DNA of 64,000 nucleotides from the NCBI GenBank assembly GCA_004022145.1, contig RCNU01000008.1. One strand, given 5' to 3'. Source of the DNA: Paecilomyces variotii (lineage: Eukaryota). Of the stretch, positions 37,490-50,500 are shown piece after piece. The notes under the pieces were generated by a model. The model had not been told where the DNA came from. It did not search any database and was given only the letters and a program-made list of their open reading frames with translations. Every line of letters begins with the position of its first letter. Within the stretch, counting starts at the first letter, position 1. Both the position numbers and the translations under genes were made by a program.

Positions 37490-40400
37490 TTACAGTCCTT
37501 GACTTGACTCTCTTCGCCTGTCAAGTCCGCGCAGTAATACTCTCTTATTCAAACCAGCAGTGCCAATATCGCTGACACTGCGCAATTTCGGCTCACTTGG
37601 CCGTTTGGATAAGCTGCTTTCTCGTCCTGTGCGGGTCGCACCAGGTTTAGGTAGCTTCAAAGACACGTTTTTTCGTGCTTGTCCGAGGACATCCTCTACC
37701 CAAGCCTCACTCTCAGGACTCATTGACATACGCCTTGATCGTGGCTTTGGACCAGCAAGACCCAGAGGGGTCACTGTAGTGGAATGAGACGAGCCAGCAA
37801 ATGGGCTATCCGCGGTTGAGCCAACGCTAATGGATGTATTCGAGGAGACAGAAAGTCGACGGTTGCGACAAGAGACGACAGATAGCGGCGAGGCGTGATC
37901 GCCAATCGTCTGGCTGTCGGCGGTTGGAAGGTCTCCAAGCTCGTCAACCGGCGCTGCTGGCCGCCTGGTCTTGCGTACAGCAAGCGAAGAAGGGGATCGC
38001 GAACTGAGAGAAGAGCCAGGGCGAGATGGAGTTGTTCTGCCATTGTTAGAAGGCTGGGTCAGGGTACTGCCAGGCGACGAATGGGAGGGCGACGAATGAG
38101 ATGGAATCTCCTGCACCTCAACCTTTTGTTGGTCCGACGACACTCTTCGCGAGCCATGATGAATGGCATATTCTCTCAAGTATTCGCCCAAATCGGCCCA
38201 GCCTCCACCAACTCGCACCATTACTCGTTCTCCACCCTCTCCAACAGTGCGGACAAACAGCTTAGTCGGAGGTGCTGTTTTTCCGCGATGAAGATGATAG
38301 ACCCTGACGGAACTCTCCTCACTTGCATACGATCGAGGACGCCGAGCCCGGTTATACGCAGGGGTGAGATATAACGACGGTGTAGGCGTGCTGCTCCGAC
38401 TTGAAGGCCAGCGGGGAGACACTGAACCTAGACGCTCATTCCTTTGAGAGGGCGCTAAAGAGTTCCCGGCAGGTCCGTCTGTAGTTGGTGCGTGCGTGAG
38501 ATGGATTCGTGCTGGAAGGGTATTTAGAATCGAGTTGATTTTGTCTTCGAGCTCATCTCCCGTCGTTTTGGCCGACGGACTCGCTGGACGACTAAGTTCA
38601 GATGGGGTAAGCGCATAAGCTGGACCCGTCACGGAAGATCCATCGAACATATCAGTTTCCTGTGTATTCAACCGCTTATTTGACCGTGCAGGGACACTTG
38701 AGGCTTTCCAAGAACTGGGCTTTTTTATCTTCTCAGGGAGATGCGGAGATTCTGAAGTCTCCCGCCCACCCTGCCTTTTAGCCATGGCGTTTCTGGTTCC
38801 TGTTTCGGGAGTAGAGAAGTTAAGAGCAGCAGAAGTCGAATGCTTAGTAGCGGGTGCGCGCCTGCGAAGATCAGCAGGAATGACTCGTTTCCGTAGCGGA
38901 GGCAGCTCATCGTTAGGTATCTGTTCAGGTGATGGACTAGGACTTCGCTCCAGTGACTCCAGATTGACGAAATCATCATCATAATCTTGATCCACGTCTT
39001 CATTGATGAATCGCTGCAATGGAAGACTTGCTGTTCGGCAGTGTTTGAATTCAGGACGACTGGGCCCACGATGGCGGTCGAAGTTGAATAGATGCTCCTG
39101 TCGCAAAGTAGCCTGGCTGTTGCTTCGAGCATGCTCAGTAGATAAATGGTCATTTCGAGGAGGGGTAGGCGTCTCAGTAACCAGCGGAGTCGTCGGCGAT
39201 CCACAAGTGTAGGCTTCTCTGGTTTCCGGGCTTGATAACAATGACGGATAATCAGAGATCGGGGACTCAGCACCAGAGACATCGGAGGGATCCCGACGGT
39301 ATGGCTTAGGCTGACCCTTTGCGGAGCTCAAAGGCTTCGGCCTCAGTTTGGACATCCTAATCGGGCTTTCGAGACCAAGTTTTGGTGATGATTCTTCATC
39401 CACATCAGTAAGGTTGCCGTCTGGCTTAGTGCTGACAGATCCAATACGGTCTTGATTTCTGGCGTCATCGCTAGAACGGTCCCGAGGCTTGGAGAAAAGA
39501 GAAGAGAATGGAACGCCATGTGGTGAGCTATTTGGGGGGTATTCAGAAGGCTCAGGCTTTGTCGGCGTATCCGCGTTGGTTCCCTCGAGTGGTGCCGAAT
39601 CTTGTAGCTCGGATGGCCCCATGAAGATATCATGTGCCACTTGTGACAGATCCGTCAAAACAGGACCCTCCTTCCGGAATTCACTGTCGTTATTATCTTC
39701 ACTTCCGGTCATCTTAGTCGTTGCGATATCAGATAACCTCTCAGTAGGAACGTCCGGTAGGTTTAGTGCGCCTGAGGGCTTGACAACTGGTGTGGAGATA
39801 TCCTCAAGAGTGGGTGTATCATGGTCCAAATGTTCGATAGAGGGAGTTATCTCATCTTCCGATGCATCAGAGCGCTGCTGTGGCGCACTTTGTGACTCGT
39901 TTTCAGTGGTGCCATCGAGGGCTAATGATCGAGGTAGTGAGCAATCCTCCGAAGGCGAGTCGTCTCCATACGCAGCAGCGTTCTCCACACGTATAGCCTG
40001 ATCTCTATCGCCGGAAACATTAGACGTCGGGGAAATTCGTGCTTGATTGTCGCCTTGGGCAGCGGGACCTGATGAAGATGTGCTCTCGTCATCCGACAAT
40101 TCTCCGTCGCTCGTGTGAGGGTTGGGATTTGAACTAGACACGGGCCGTGGCTCCAGTTCCTTGTCAAACACTGTTCCAGCCTCAGAAGGAGACGTTAGAT
40201 TCTGCGGCAAGTCCTCTGGGGCAGTTTGCATATCACCACTTGTATGTGATGATCCCTGCATTTGATCGTTAGGTGAAGGCAAATCTTTCTCTCCAGTGGG
40301 AGACACTTGGTTATCCGTTGACATCTCTTCAGAGATATCTGAAAGCCGGTCATCCAAAGTCTCTCGTGGAGGACGGTGTATATCAAGATCCGCGGGTTGA

Positions 40401-41878
40401 TCTAATTGGATAGCGGATGGTTGAGGTGTCATATCTGCTGCACCGGTAGGGGCTACCCTGTCGACTTTCTGCTTTGGCGTTTCTGACTGGACATTGTCAA
40501 ATGAGGTTCTTGAAATAGGATCTGAAGGTGTATCTATGGTCTTTGTAGGAATGTTCTCAACCCCATAAGGGATAGTGTTGGATGTAGATCCCGAGATATT
40601 CGCGCTGATTTCGACGAGCTTCCGATCATTCGAGACCTCTTGTGCGTTGATATTGGCCTCTGGAAGGTCCTCATTCTTGGTATTGGCAATGGACTGACTC
40701 TCTGGAGTGCTGTTGACCTCCAAAGCAGGCGTTTCTGGTTTTGAGGGACGTTCCCGTGGAACCAATTCAGGTATTGGCGCCTCCGGTTCTTTAGCTTCAA
40801 CGGCCAGTTCCAGTTTCGGTTTATTTAGGCGCATTAACTCATTCATGACAACACGTTTCTCGGCTTCGATAGCCCATGTGCCGAAGTCAGCTTCTATGGC
40901 TTCCAAGTCATCGATCCACGCCTCGGGTAGAGAGTCCTCGCGGCCTTCCAGAGCGTCGAGTATGTTGTCCATCCTTCTTCCCGCAGAGACGACTAGTGCT
41001 TCTAGTTCAGCTCGCTTTGCATGAAATGCATCTCTTGAAAAGAAAGTATCTTCCTTGAGGGATTGGGCCGGCTTCAGAGCGGCCATTGAGGAGTCCATTG
41101 TGGCACGTGCTTTCTCAAGTCGACTTAAGAGACCAGGTATTTGACGGAGGACGAGCAGACGGACGTCCCAGGTAGTGAGAAGGAAATTCAAACGAGATAA
41201 AGTGGGAAGCAGTCGCAGGATGGTAGCTGTTACTATAGCGGTGAAATCGCTCAATTGAACATAGCTGAACGAGGGTGGGCCGACGGATATCGTACTGGCT
41301 GACGACGACGGCCGGGAGCGAGAGGGAATATGGGCGTTGAGGACGTGTTCCTTCAACTCTTCGACGTCCAGGCTATCCATACCATCACGGATCTCTTCGA
41401 TTCGTGTCTCGTATCGCTTGACCATTTCCGCTGGGAGGCTGCCAAAGTATTCTTCTTCTGATTTGATGGTACCAGACTCATCTTGCGTCGTCCGCGTTGG
41501 CGGAATGAACCCTTTCCCCAGTTGAGCATCTGCCTTCCTCGGCCATCCCCACCCGAGAACTTCTCTGTACCATTCTTTTAGCTTCTTTGCTGCCACCGCT
41601 GCCCGAATCCCAAGCGCGCGTTCGTCCGTGGACACCTTTGAGATACTCCGCGTCAGTAGGTCTTGCGCCGTCTTTTCGTTCTTAGGAACGGCATCGACGG
41701 AAGTCAGCGCCTCAAGGGTCGACTCGGGCGAGAGGTTACTGAGCAGAGGGTCTAGGACATGGTAGGAGAACTGAGACTTCCGCTCAGGGGAACGTGACGG
41801 AGACCGCGAAGGCCGTCTGATTTTAGCGGGGGTCAGGCGCATTTGCGGAAGAAGCGGACTCGAGTTAAGGTGTGCCAT
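37490..41878 (-). CDS. GAS2 (GAR) domain protein, 1462 aa
   Basis: KLFVRTVGEGGERVMVRVGGGWADLGEYLREY GAS2 signature; helical N-terminus and long disordered middle region. Confidence 0.9.
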   Translation of the reverse strand: MAHLNSSPLLPQMRLTPAKIRRPSRSPSRSPERKSQFSYHVLDPLLSNLSPESTLEALTSVDAVPKNEKTAQDLLTRSISKVSTDERALGIRAAVAAKKLKEWYREVLGWGWPRKADAQLGKGFIPPTRTTQDESGTIKSEEEYFGSLPAEMVKRYETRIEEIRDGMDSLDVEELKEHVLNAHIPSRSRPSSSASTISVGPPSFSYVQLSDFTAIVTATILRLLPTLSRLNFLLTTWDVRLLVLRQIPGLLSRLEKARATMDSSMAALKPAQSLKEDTFFSRDAFHAKRAELEALVVSAGRRMDNILDALEGREDSLPEAWIDDLEAIEADFGTWAIEAEKRVVMNELMRLNKPKLELAVEAKEPEAPIPELVPRERPSKPETPALEVNSTPESQSIANTKNEDLPEANINAQEVSNDRKLVEISANISGSTSNTIPYGVENIPTKTIDTPSDPISRTSFDNVQSETPKQKVDRVAPTGAADMTPQPSAIQLDQPADLDIHRPPRETLDDRLSDISEEMSTDNQVSPTGEKDLPSPNDQMQGSSHTSGDMQTAPEDLPQNLTSPSEAGTVFDKELEPRPVSSSNPNPHTSDGELSDDESTSSSGPAAQGDNQARISPTSNVSGDRDQAIRVENAAAYGDDSPSEDCSLPRSLALDGTTENESQSAPQQRSDASEDEITPSIEHLDHDTPTLEDISTPVVKPSGALNLPDVPTERLSDIATTKMTGSEDNNDSEFRKEGPVLTDLSQVAHDIFMGPSELQDSAPLEGTNADTPTKPEPSEYPPNSSPHGVPFSSLFSKPRDRSSDDARNQDRIGSVSTKPDGNLTDVDEESSPKLGLESPIRMSKLRPKPLSSAKGQPKPYRRDPSDVSGAESPISDYPSLLSSPETREAYTCGSPTTPLVTETPTPPRNDHLSTEHARSNSQATLRQEHLFNFDRHRGPSRPEFKHCRTASLPLQRFINEDVDQDYDDDFVNLESLERSPSPSPEQIPNDELPPLRKRVIPADLRRRAPATKHSTSAALNFSTPETGTRNAMAKRQGGRETSESPHLPEKIKKPSSWKASSVPARSNKRLNTQETDMFDGSSVTGPAYALTPSELSRPASPSAKTTGDELEDKINSILNTLPARIHLTHAPTTDGPAGNSLAPSQRNERLGSVSPRWPSSRSSTPTPSLYLTPAYNRARRPRSYASEESSVRVYHLHRGKTAPPTKLFVRTVGEGGERVMVRVGGGWADLGEYLREYAIHHGSRRVSSDQQKVEVQEIPSHSSPSHSSPGSTLTQPSNNGRTTPSRPGSSLSSRSPSSLAVRKTRRPAAPVDELGDLPTADSQTIGDHASPLSVVSCRNRRLSVSSNTSISVGSTADSPFAGSSHSTTVTPLGLAGPKPRSRRMSMSPESEAWVEDVLGQARKNVSLKLPKPGATRTGRESSLSKRPSEPKLRSVSDIGTAGLNKRVLLRGLDRRRESSQGL

Positions 41879-43366
41879 TGTGTCTTTAGATGAATATCAT
41901 GGCCCTGTAGGGCACGTCACAGGGAAAACCCAGCCAGAGGGAAGGGTCGAAGAGTCTATGCTTTAGCTGGGGGGGAGGTCTGGCTGTGTGGTAAGTATGT
42001 AGGATCGATGTGTGAGATGCGAGCATGCTGAGATGGAATCCCGTAGGGACATCGGATGCTCGATCGTGCAGGACACAGAGGCAAGGGTCCTTGGGAGATC
42101 TGAACAAAAAGCTCGAAGGCTGGTTTCGGTGGTGGTCGGAAGAGAGTCGAATATGGGAGGCGTTGTTAAAGGACAGTATGGAGTTGACTGGTCACATGGA
42201 GGACCAAACAGAGCGTTTGGAGGTAGAAACGAGCGTGGAGACGAGCTTGACTGAGTCGGATCGCAGTATACAGAGTAGACCAGCTCTCTGTCGGGTGATA
42301 GTTGGCTTCAGACGTCCGTTTGTCGCAGCAGCTGTGCTGTGCTGATGCGTTGTCTTTGTCTCGTCTCGTCTCGGAGGCGGCGCTTCTCTCCCAGTGGGTC
42401 GCGGAGGCTCTACGCTACCGCCGCCAAAAGGGGGCTTCTCGGCTTCTGAGCTTGTCGACTATTATAATAATCACCGCGTCAAGTGGACCGGACGATCCTT
42501 CATCACTCACTTAAGAGTAGGGCTGGTCTCCCACCTGGAGATGACCACGCGAGAGTTCTGTTGTTGCGCCCGACTCTTGCCCTGCCAGTGCGGTTTTTTC
42601 TATCTTTACACATCGGGATGGGCTGTCGTGTCCCTCGCGCCCAGCAGGATCCTTGCCCGCCGATCAGCCAAGGAAAACATCTGCAAGGCCAGCTATAGAT
42701 GTATACAGAGACGATTACCATACATAACGAAACTGACCACACGCGTTTGCGGCAAGTCATTGGCACTAGAGGATTGCAGGCAGCTAATTACTGCAGTATC
42801 TGCGTTAGTCGCGAGCCCAGCCATCGTTTTATCCCCACTGCAGGAAGAGTGAGCACGGGCTTCCTTCGTTTGAGTGCCAAAAAAAGAAAAATAAACTACG
42901 GAGTACGGTAACTAGGCCTGGATTTGCAGGAGCTGGCTCCCGCAAGTTCATAGGCCCAGCGATCGATTTAAAAAGCCTGGACAGACCCGAGGACTTCATG
43001 CCGTTATGAAGTATGCGATCAATAATGCCTTAAGGCAATGTTGTCATAGTGGCGTGGGTCCGTCCATGAGTCAAACCTGGGATAGAAAACACTCTACCAT
43101 ATGGTATTGCTTTCTCTATAAAGTCGTGTCCCTGGCTCCGGATCTGCCCGAGTTCTGGCCTACCACATCAGAGGTCATGATGATGAAACATGGCATCCAT
43201 AACCTTGAGATTTCAGAGAGGACCAGTGTCAATATATATATCGTCGCCTGGCATATCTTCTGGGTTGACATGTAGGTAACTTTTCTGCGTCACGATTGCT
43301 GTAGTAATCCTTCCTTGACTGTTTCATTATATCCTGTTCGTGTATTTTTAAATAAGTGTTGAAACC

Positions 43367-45015
43367 ATGGAGAGGGCTCAGAATCCTCCGCAGCCTTTTG
43401 GAAGTAGTAAGGAGTAGTTCCCGCCACGACTACAATGGGCAGTTCTGACATAGGAAAGAGGCGTTGGTCGACATACCCCAGGATGTCCTTTATGAAATTC
43501 GGCGCATTGAAGATCTCTTCACTGTGAGTCAGAAGAAGCTCAAGCAAATCACCGATCATTTTGTCAAGGAGTTGGAGAAAGGTTGGGCTGATTGAACTTC
43601 AACACTATTTATATAAACGAAATGCAAAGCTGACACACGGTCGTCGCATAGGTTTAAGCAAAGAGGGTGGTAATATTGTCAGTATACGGACCGGTCCCTC
43701 CTCGATCATGGCCAGGCTAACAGCAGAGATAAGCCAATGAACGTTACCTGGGTTATGGGATTTCCCTCTGGTGATGAAGAAGGAAGGTACCTGACCATCG
43801 ACATGGGCGGTACAAACCTGCGAGTGTGTGAAGTTGCCTTGACGGACGGGAGGGGCGAATTTGAAATCACACAAGACAAATACAAGATGCCATCAGACCT
43901 GAAGTCGGGCACAAAAGATCAGCTGTGGGACTTCGTAGCAGAATCTATGGACAACTTTTTGAAGAAGCATCACCGTGGAGGGCAAACGTCTGAGAAGCTG
44001 CCACTCTCGTTCACATTCTCATATCCTGTGACACAACCTACTATCAGAAATGGTATCCTGCAGCGGTGGACAAAAGATCTCGACGTCAAGGGTGTCGAAG
44101 GGCAGGATGTAACCCCTCAATTAGAAGCTGCTTTTGAAGCAAAGGTTAGTTTGGTCCATACGCCCAGCGATTGACAAAAGATTGCTAACAAGATTTTAGA
44201 AAGTACCTGTCCATGTTGTCGCACTGGTTAATGATACAACAGGAACATTGATTGCTTCCCACTACGCTGACCCGAAGGTGAAGATCGGAAGTATCTTCAG
44301 CACGGGCTGCAATGCAGCATACATGGAAGAAGCGGGCTGCATCCCGAAGATTGCAGATGCTGGGCTGTCACCAGATACTCAAATTGCGATCAATACGGAA
44401 TATGGTGCCTTTGACAACGAGCATAAAGTGCTGCCTATTACCTCATTTGACCGAGAAATCGATGAAGGTTCACCGCGACCTGGCCAGCAAACGTATGAAA
44501 AGATGGTCGCTGGGCTGTACCTGGGGGAGATACTCCGCCTTGTCATGATCCACCTTCATGATAATGATGGACTTTTCAAGGGCCAGGATATCTCACGTCT
44601 GCGTGAGGCTCATGTTATTGACACCTGTTTCCTGTCGACGATCGAGGAAGACATTTCTGAATCGATGAAAGATATATATGACGCATTTAATAGGGAGTTA
44701 GGTATTAAACCGGCTTCTCACGAGCTCAAGGTGTGTCGATACCTGGTTGAGCTTATCGGGACGCGCGCTGCACGGCTGTATGCCTGTGGAATAGCTGCTA
44801 TCTGCAAGAAGAAAAACATCACTTCCTGTCATGTCGGCGTCGATGGGTCCGTATTCAACAACTACCACCGATTCAGAGATCGAGCCGCTCAGGCTCTTCG
44901 CGAGATCCTAGACTGGCCCGAAGGAACAGACGATCTTGTCACACTCCAGTCAGCAGAGGATGGCTCTGGAGTTGGCGCTGCACTTATCGCGGCGTTGGCT
45001 GTGGAGCGATCCTAA
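43367..45015 (+). CDS. Hexokinase-family protein (divergent paralogue)
   Basis: IDMGGTNLRV, FTFSYP, VNDTTGT, TGCNAAYME, INTEYGAFDN, EKMVAGLYLGE and EDGSGVGAAL motifs. 5' exons (..ITDHFVKELEK|GLSKEGGNI|PMNVTWV) reconstructed manually; the first exon is tentative. Confidence 0.9.
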
Positions 45016-45449
45016 CGTGGTCAAATTAGAGAACTCTACTTAATAGATTATGCGTCTAGCCTTCTGACGACCGCAAACTACAACACCACCCCATGACACA
45101 TATGCAGACATTCTACTTTGAGCATTTTCTGTTCCGTGTATTGTTCCAGTTATAGAGGTTTATATCGCAAGAAACACGAGTACCGAGACTTGATAAATTC
45201 AAAAATAATACACGAATAATTCCTCACGTCTCTAGAATTTAGACATCATCTCTAGCTGTTATAGCAGTAGAATAATTATCTAATTATGGAATAATATACT
45301 TATTATAGGACTAACAACAACAAGATTTGTTTGAGCTGTAGTCAAGTACTCCGCATATATCAGTGCACGGACCACATAAACTCCAAAGTACTTTACGCGA
45401 ACGACACGACCTTGACGCGACGATAGGAAACCATGGGAGCCTCGGCGAG

Positions 45450-46906
45450 ATGAGGTTCAGGAGCCAGCTCACCAATATCAGCACTTTTGCCAGTACGTAT
45501 CTTCACTTAAGAAAAGCAAAGATTTAATCTGTAGTTCCCTTTTTCTTCTTCTTGTTTTTTTTTCCTTTTCCTTTCTTTTGCCCACACTGCCTATCTTCAT
45601 TTCTCTACACATTGTGATCTGCTGTCCGCTAATAATTTCGTCCCCACCAGAATTCACGGCATCTCTCTCATCGCTGGGGAAGATATGTTGGATGAGGCTG
45701 GAAGATGAGGTAGTCCGGTTTACGATTATCCCTGACCAGGGGACGCAGGTTTGGGCGCAGTTACCGATTGTATGCTTGCTTGCTTGAATATGTTTTCTAT
45801 TCTACTTCCCTCATCTCTGTTAATAAAGCTGACTGACACATTTTACAAGGAAACCATATTCGACGAAACATACACGATCCAATCTGCCACAGGAGTAATC
45901 AATCTTGAGGTCCCCATCGGGGCCCTGCATCGAGCGCTACGATCTGCCATCGGCGCAAACTCAGCACAGCTCCGTCTGACGAAGAAAGGCCCCGTACCTC
46001 TTCTCGCACTCACGATCCGTGCATCATCATGGACCGCTGGGACGAATGCGCTTGGAATCGAGTCAGAGAGCACAGGTGAAGGCATCACTGATATCCCTCC
46101 AGCATTCAACACCAGTATCGAAGACGATGAAAGTCGTCGTCGTGGACCTCGCGAACGCGAAACTGTCATCACGCAGGAAATCCCAGTCAAGGTCCTGCAC
46201 CAATCGACAGTGGAAGGATTGCATGAGCCGCGATGTCGTCCGCCAGACGTGCACATTATCCTACCTAGTCTGATACAGTTGAAAAGTATCTCTGAACGAT
46301 TCAATAAGCTAGCGATGGACACGAGTAGCGGCAGGACCGCTACCGCCGGTAACGGGTTATCTGGCTCGTCAGGGCCCAAGCTTGAGCTGAGTGCTAACAT
46401 GCATGGTTCTTTGAAACTTGCCATTGCTACAGATGCCTTGCGGATTTCAAGCGTGTGGTCGGGCCTGATTAACCCACCGCTGGATCCGGAGCAGCTATCG
46501 CAGTCAGAGATGGACCAGCTTCCGAGTGAACGGATGAGATTACTGGGCGGTGAGAATGGAGAGAATGAGGCCGGTTGGGCGAAAGTGAGAATTGATGGGA
46601 AGGACTGGGGTCGCGTGTTGAGTGTGGGACGGTTGAGTCCGAAGGTCGTTGCGTGTAAGTGTGTATCTGACTACTTGTCTGATCGTCTGTTTGTCCCTCG
46701 TTCCACTGACGCGTCCCGATTTCACGTTTTCTTTATAGGTTTCATCCATGAGACTGCACTCATTCTATATGTCTACCTCCATGGGAGCTGGGCCGGAGAA
46801 GATTCATGTTTAACAGTGAGTCTTCAGAACTTCTGCCAAAATATCGAAGTGTGCAGGAATTGACAAGTGCATTTTATAGTATTATATCAATTCGTATGCC
46901 ACGTGA
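45450..46906 (+). CDS. hus1: 9-1-1 checkpoint clamp subunit Hus1/Mec3
   Basis: MRFRSQLTNISTFA|KFTASLSSLGKICWMRL..FTIIPDQGTQVWAQL, ITQEIPVKVL, EPRC.PPDVHIILP and LSANMHGSL; C-terminus LT|YYINSYAT*. Confidence 0.88.
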
Positions 46907-47541
46907 ACCAAGCAAAATGTTAAAAGAACTATCGGAATACTAGTAATATCAATCTTGTGAACCGGCAGTGTACTCATTCCAAGACATCTTATAACAATGT
47001 AGAAGAGGCTCGGAATTATCACTTAGGTAATAGAATGTTTGAGGAGTCTCTGATGTCAGAACCTATCGATAGTATCTTAATCACACATGTTACTATACGT
47101 GTGTCATCAATTGTGAGTTAATAGTATTAGACATCATATATTCCTTTAGGGCGCGATCATAACACGACCAAATATTACAATAACATACAAAGACATAGCC
47201 TCTGAACGGGTCAAGAGATGTCGACAAAATATGACAGGCAATACTGGGGAGGACAATCCAGCTCCGATCCAGGTAACAGAGGCCTTCATAAAAGCGCCGG
47301 GTGATGCAAAGAGGCAGCAAAGCAGAAAGTAAAATTCGTTCAAAATCAAAGTTGCCAATGAGCAACTGCGCTGAAAAACCTTGAGGCTCGAGAAGCTCGA
47401 ATAACCAGATATCAAATGCAACAGATTAACCAGTGTCACAAGATTGATCCCACAAATGATGCTTCCATGGGAGGGCCAATGTCGGTATAAGTCAGGTTGA
47501 TTTGTCCACTTGGTCACATCAAAACGTCAGAATAAATGTCA

Positions 47542-50500
47542 TCATTTCGCCATGACATCGACGTAGCCTCTTCCCTTCTTCTTTCCCCTGGCAGTACCTC
47601 CCTTTCGGGGTTGCGGGGCCCCAAGCAAATCATCTATCGAGCTAGCATTGCTTAGTGAAGTGGACGGTCGAGAGGGTGGCGCGAGGCTAGAGCCCGCAGG
47701 AGGCGTCGAGTTCGCTGCTGCACCGTATGACAAGGATCGTGGCAAAGAATTTGGAGGCGTAGCTAGCGACGGTGTAGCTGGACTGCCGGAGCGTAGCGGG
47801 GCGACCGAAGGGGGTGTCATAGAAGCCGCAAATGCTGGACCGCTTGAAGGCGCTTGGGGACCAGTAGGGGCAGCACCACTGCCAGAGCTGGAGGCTCTGC
47901 TCTGCGGAGCAGGCCCCTTGGGCGGCGGTGGTGTAGCTTGCGTCGCGGTATTGGCGCTGTTAGGATCCTTCTTGTTGACCCATTTCTTTAAATTGGGGTC
48001 GTAATAGAAGGAATTTTCCTCGCCGAGCTTTGCGCGGATAGGACCACCACCGTTAGAAGTCTCGCTGTCCCTCCTCCCTGCGAACCAACCGCCGAACCAA
48101 CCTTTCTTGCCGGATTGCGCAGGCTTTTTGGCTATAGTAATTATATTAGTAAAGGGGTTTTCAAACAGAAGACTTGGCGTAGATCTTACCATCAGCTTCG
48201 GCAGCTCTCCTGAACGCCTCATCCGCCTCACGATCTTTTCTCTCCTTTTCGGCCTTCTTGAGTGCTTCCGCGCGAGCGGCCAGGTCATCATCATCGTCGT
48301 CATCGATAAAGGACTTTTTCTTCGGCTTCTCAACAGGTGACTCGGCCTGGTCTTCCGGAGTCGTTGTGCCTTCCGGTTCATATGACGGAGGTTCGTATGT
48401 ACCGCCAGATGGAGGTTCATAGGTAGAACTTGCTACCGGGTAACCGGCAGGCTCTTGGGGATGAAGGGGCTGTCCAAACGAATTCTGGCGGAAAGTGTGA
48501 CCTGGATTATAACCACCCGACATCGAAGACTGTCGTGAGCTGACACCTTGTTGTGGATACGTTTGGGAGGCCAAGTCCTCCTCTACTGGCGCTAGAGGCA
48601 TGTAAGATGACTGTGGGGGAGTAGCCTGGTAGCCGAAAGTAGCCGGCGAGCCATAAGGATTGAAAGCCCCGCCCTGATATGAACTGGTATCGCCTGGGGT
48701 AGATGGCTCCTGCGAGCCACGTCGCTGACCAAACGGGAAGCCGAAGGACGGAGAACGCTGAGAGTCCAGGGATGATCTTGCACGATACTGTTCAGGAGAC
48801 CCATTCGGGGCATACTGATTACCCGGAGCATATCGTGATGACGTACTCGGAATAGGCTGCGGCGCTGACGCAGGATAAGATCCGTACAGATCCGACACCG
48901 ACGGAGAGCGGCTCACGGTCGGAGTACCAGTAACCTTGGCGAAAGGCCCGATATCCTCACCTGGTTTAGGAGAGCCGTTTGGAGCGGTTTCACTGTCGTC
49001 TCCAGCAACGAAGCTGTTGAACTTGGCCCACATAGATCCCGACACCTTCTCCATACTGGGCTTCGATATCCAAGACGAACCACCTTCAGCAGGCGCTTGC
49101 CTGAGGCGGGTGGACAATTCGTCGAGCTCCGAGAATAGGCGCTGGTGGTAATAATGGGAAGGTTTCGTGCTCGCCTTCAAGGTAGCTGCGATTGCATCAC
49201 AGTATTGTTGTGCTTCTGCCTTTCGTCCACTGTCGACCAAAGCCATCGCATATTGGATTTTGAATGCCTGAAGATGTGGCAGAACGGCAACCGGGGAATT
49301 TTTCAGCACTGCTGTAGCGAACTCGTAAACCTCCGTCAGAAGAACCGCATCTTCATCAAGGAAGAAGGTAGTAGGAAATTGGCGGTGGTCAGCTCCAAGA
49401 AGTACAACATTTGCCTGCGGATCATCCACGCCGCCGAATAATTGGAGAGGTGACATGGCTTGCGAAAATATGTAGCATATATGAGAAGCTTCTGTGCGAC
49501 CGTAGGAGGCAAGTAGTCGACCCAACGCAACCAGGGCTTGATAGTCATCGGCACTGCGGTTTCCCAAGACCAGTCCTAAAGTATCACGCCAGCTATCTAG
49601 ACCATCAAGCGCATTCTTGGCAGGCCCCTGGCCATCTAGTTTGCTCACCATCTGCAAACCTGCCCGAGCAGAAGGAGGGACCAGTTCGTCTATGCTCTCC
49701 TCGAGGTTTCCTGCGAATATCTCATAGAGTGCCGCGAGAGATTCACTATGGGGACCAGCAGAGCGCACTTCTCTTCTAACAAATTCTTGGACCACCTGTC
49801 TCCAGACAGACCGGTCCAGCGTCGACGAAATCAGCATTGCGTGGCCCCATAGACGGCCGTCCACCGCATTCCAGACTGCCTTCTCCCGCTCGCCAGCAAG
49901 AAGGTCATTTCGAATTTTCTGGAGAGTCACGAAATCCACAGCATCAGGCTGAGAAGACGACCCAGTGGGCTGATATATGCCAGATGCATTGAGATCACTG
50001 CTATATAGCTGCTCGGTCTCAGAGGTTTCGAGACCCGGGAACAGAACACTGCGGATGGATTTTTGAATATCAGGCGATCCTTCTAAAGTGCCATCATGTT
50101 CCACGAGGAGTCTGACTATCTTCCAAAGGAGTACTTTCTCTTCATGGCGTTTGTCAGGCTCCGGGTGCAGACGAGAAGCCTCCGAGATGCCAGAGTTCTC
50201 GAACTCAGCGATCTTGCTTGATAACCAAGCAATGACCTCCTTCTTCTTTGACTTCGATTTCAGAGGGCCCGGGTACTGTACTATATTTTCCGCAGGTGGC
50301 AAGATATCACGAAATTGACGTATCTTCACCTCCCCAGGCGTAGGCTTAATCTGTGGTGCGAGACTTCCAGCTGTGTATCGAGGGATATGTTTAGGAAAGC
50401 ACGTAGTGACACCGCCTCCGAAGCCAAAGCCGATGATAGGGGCTCCCTTCCAGCGTTCAAGAGGATCTAATTGCTGGTCATCGGTTGGAGGTATAAACTG

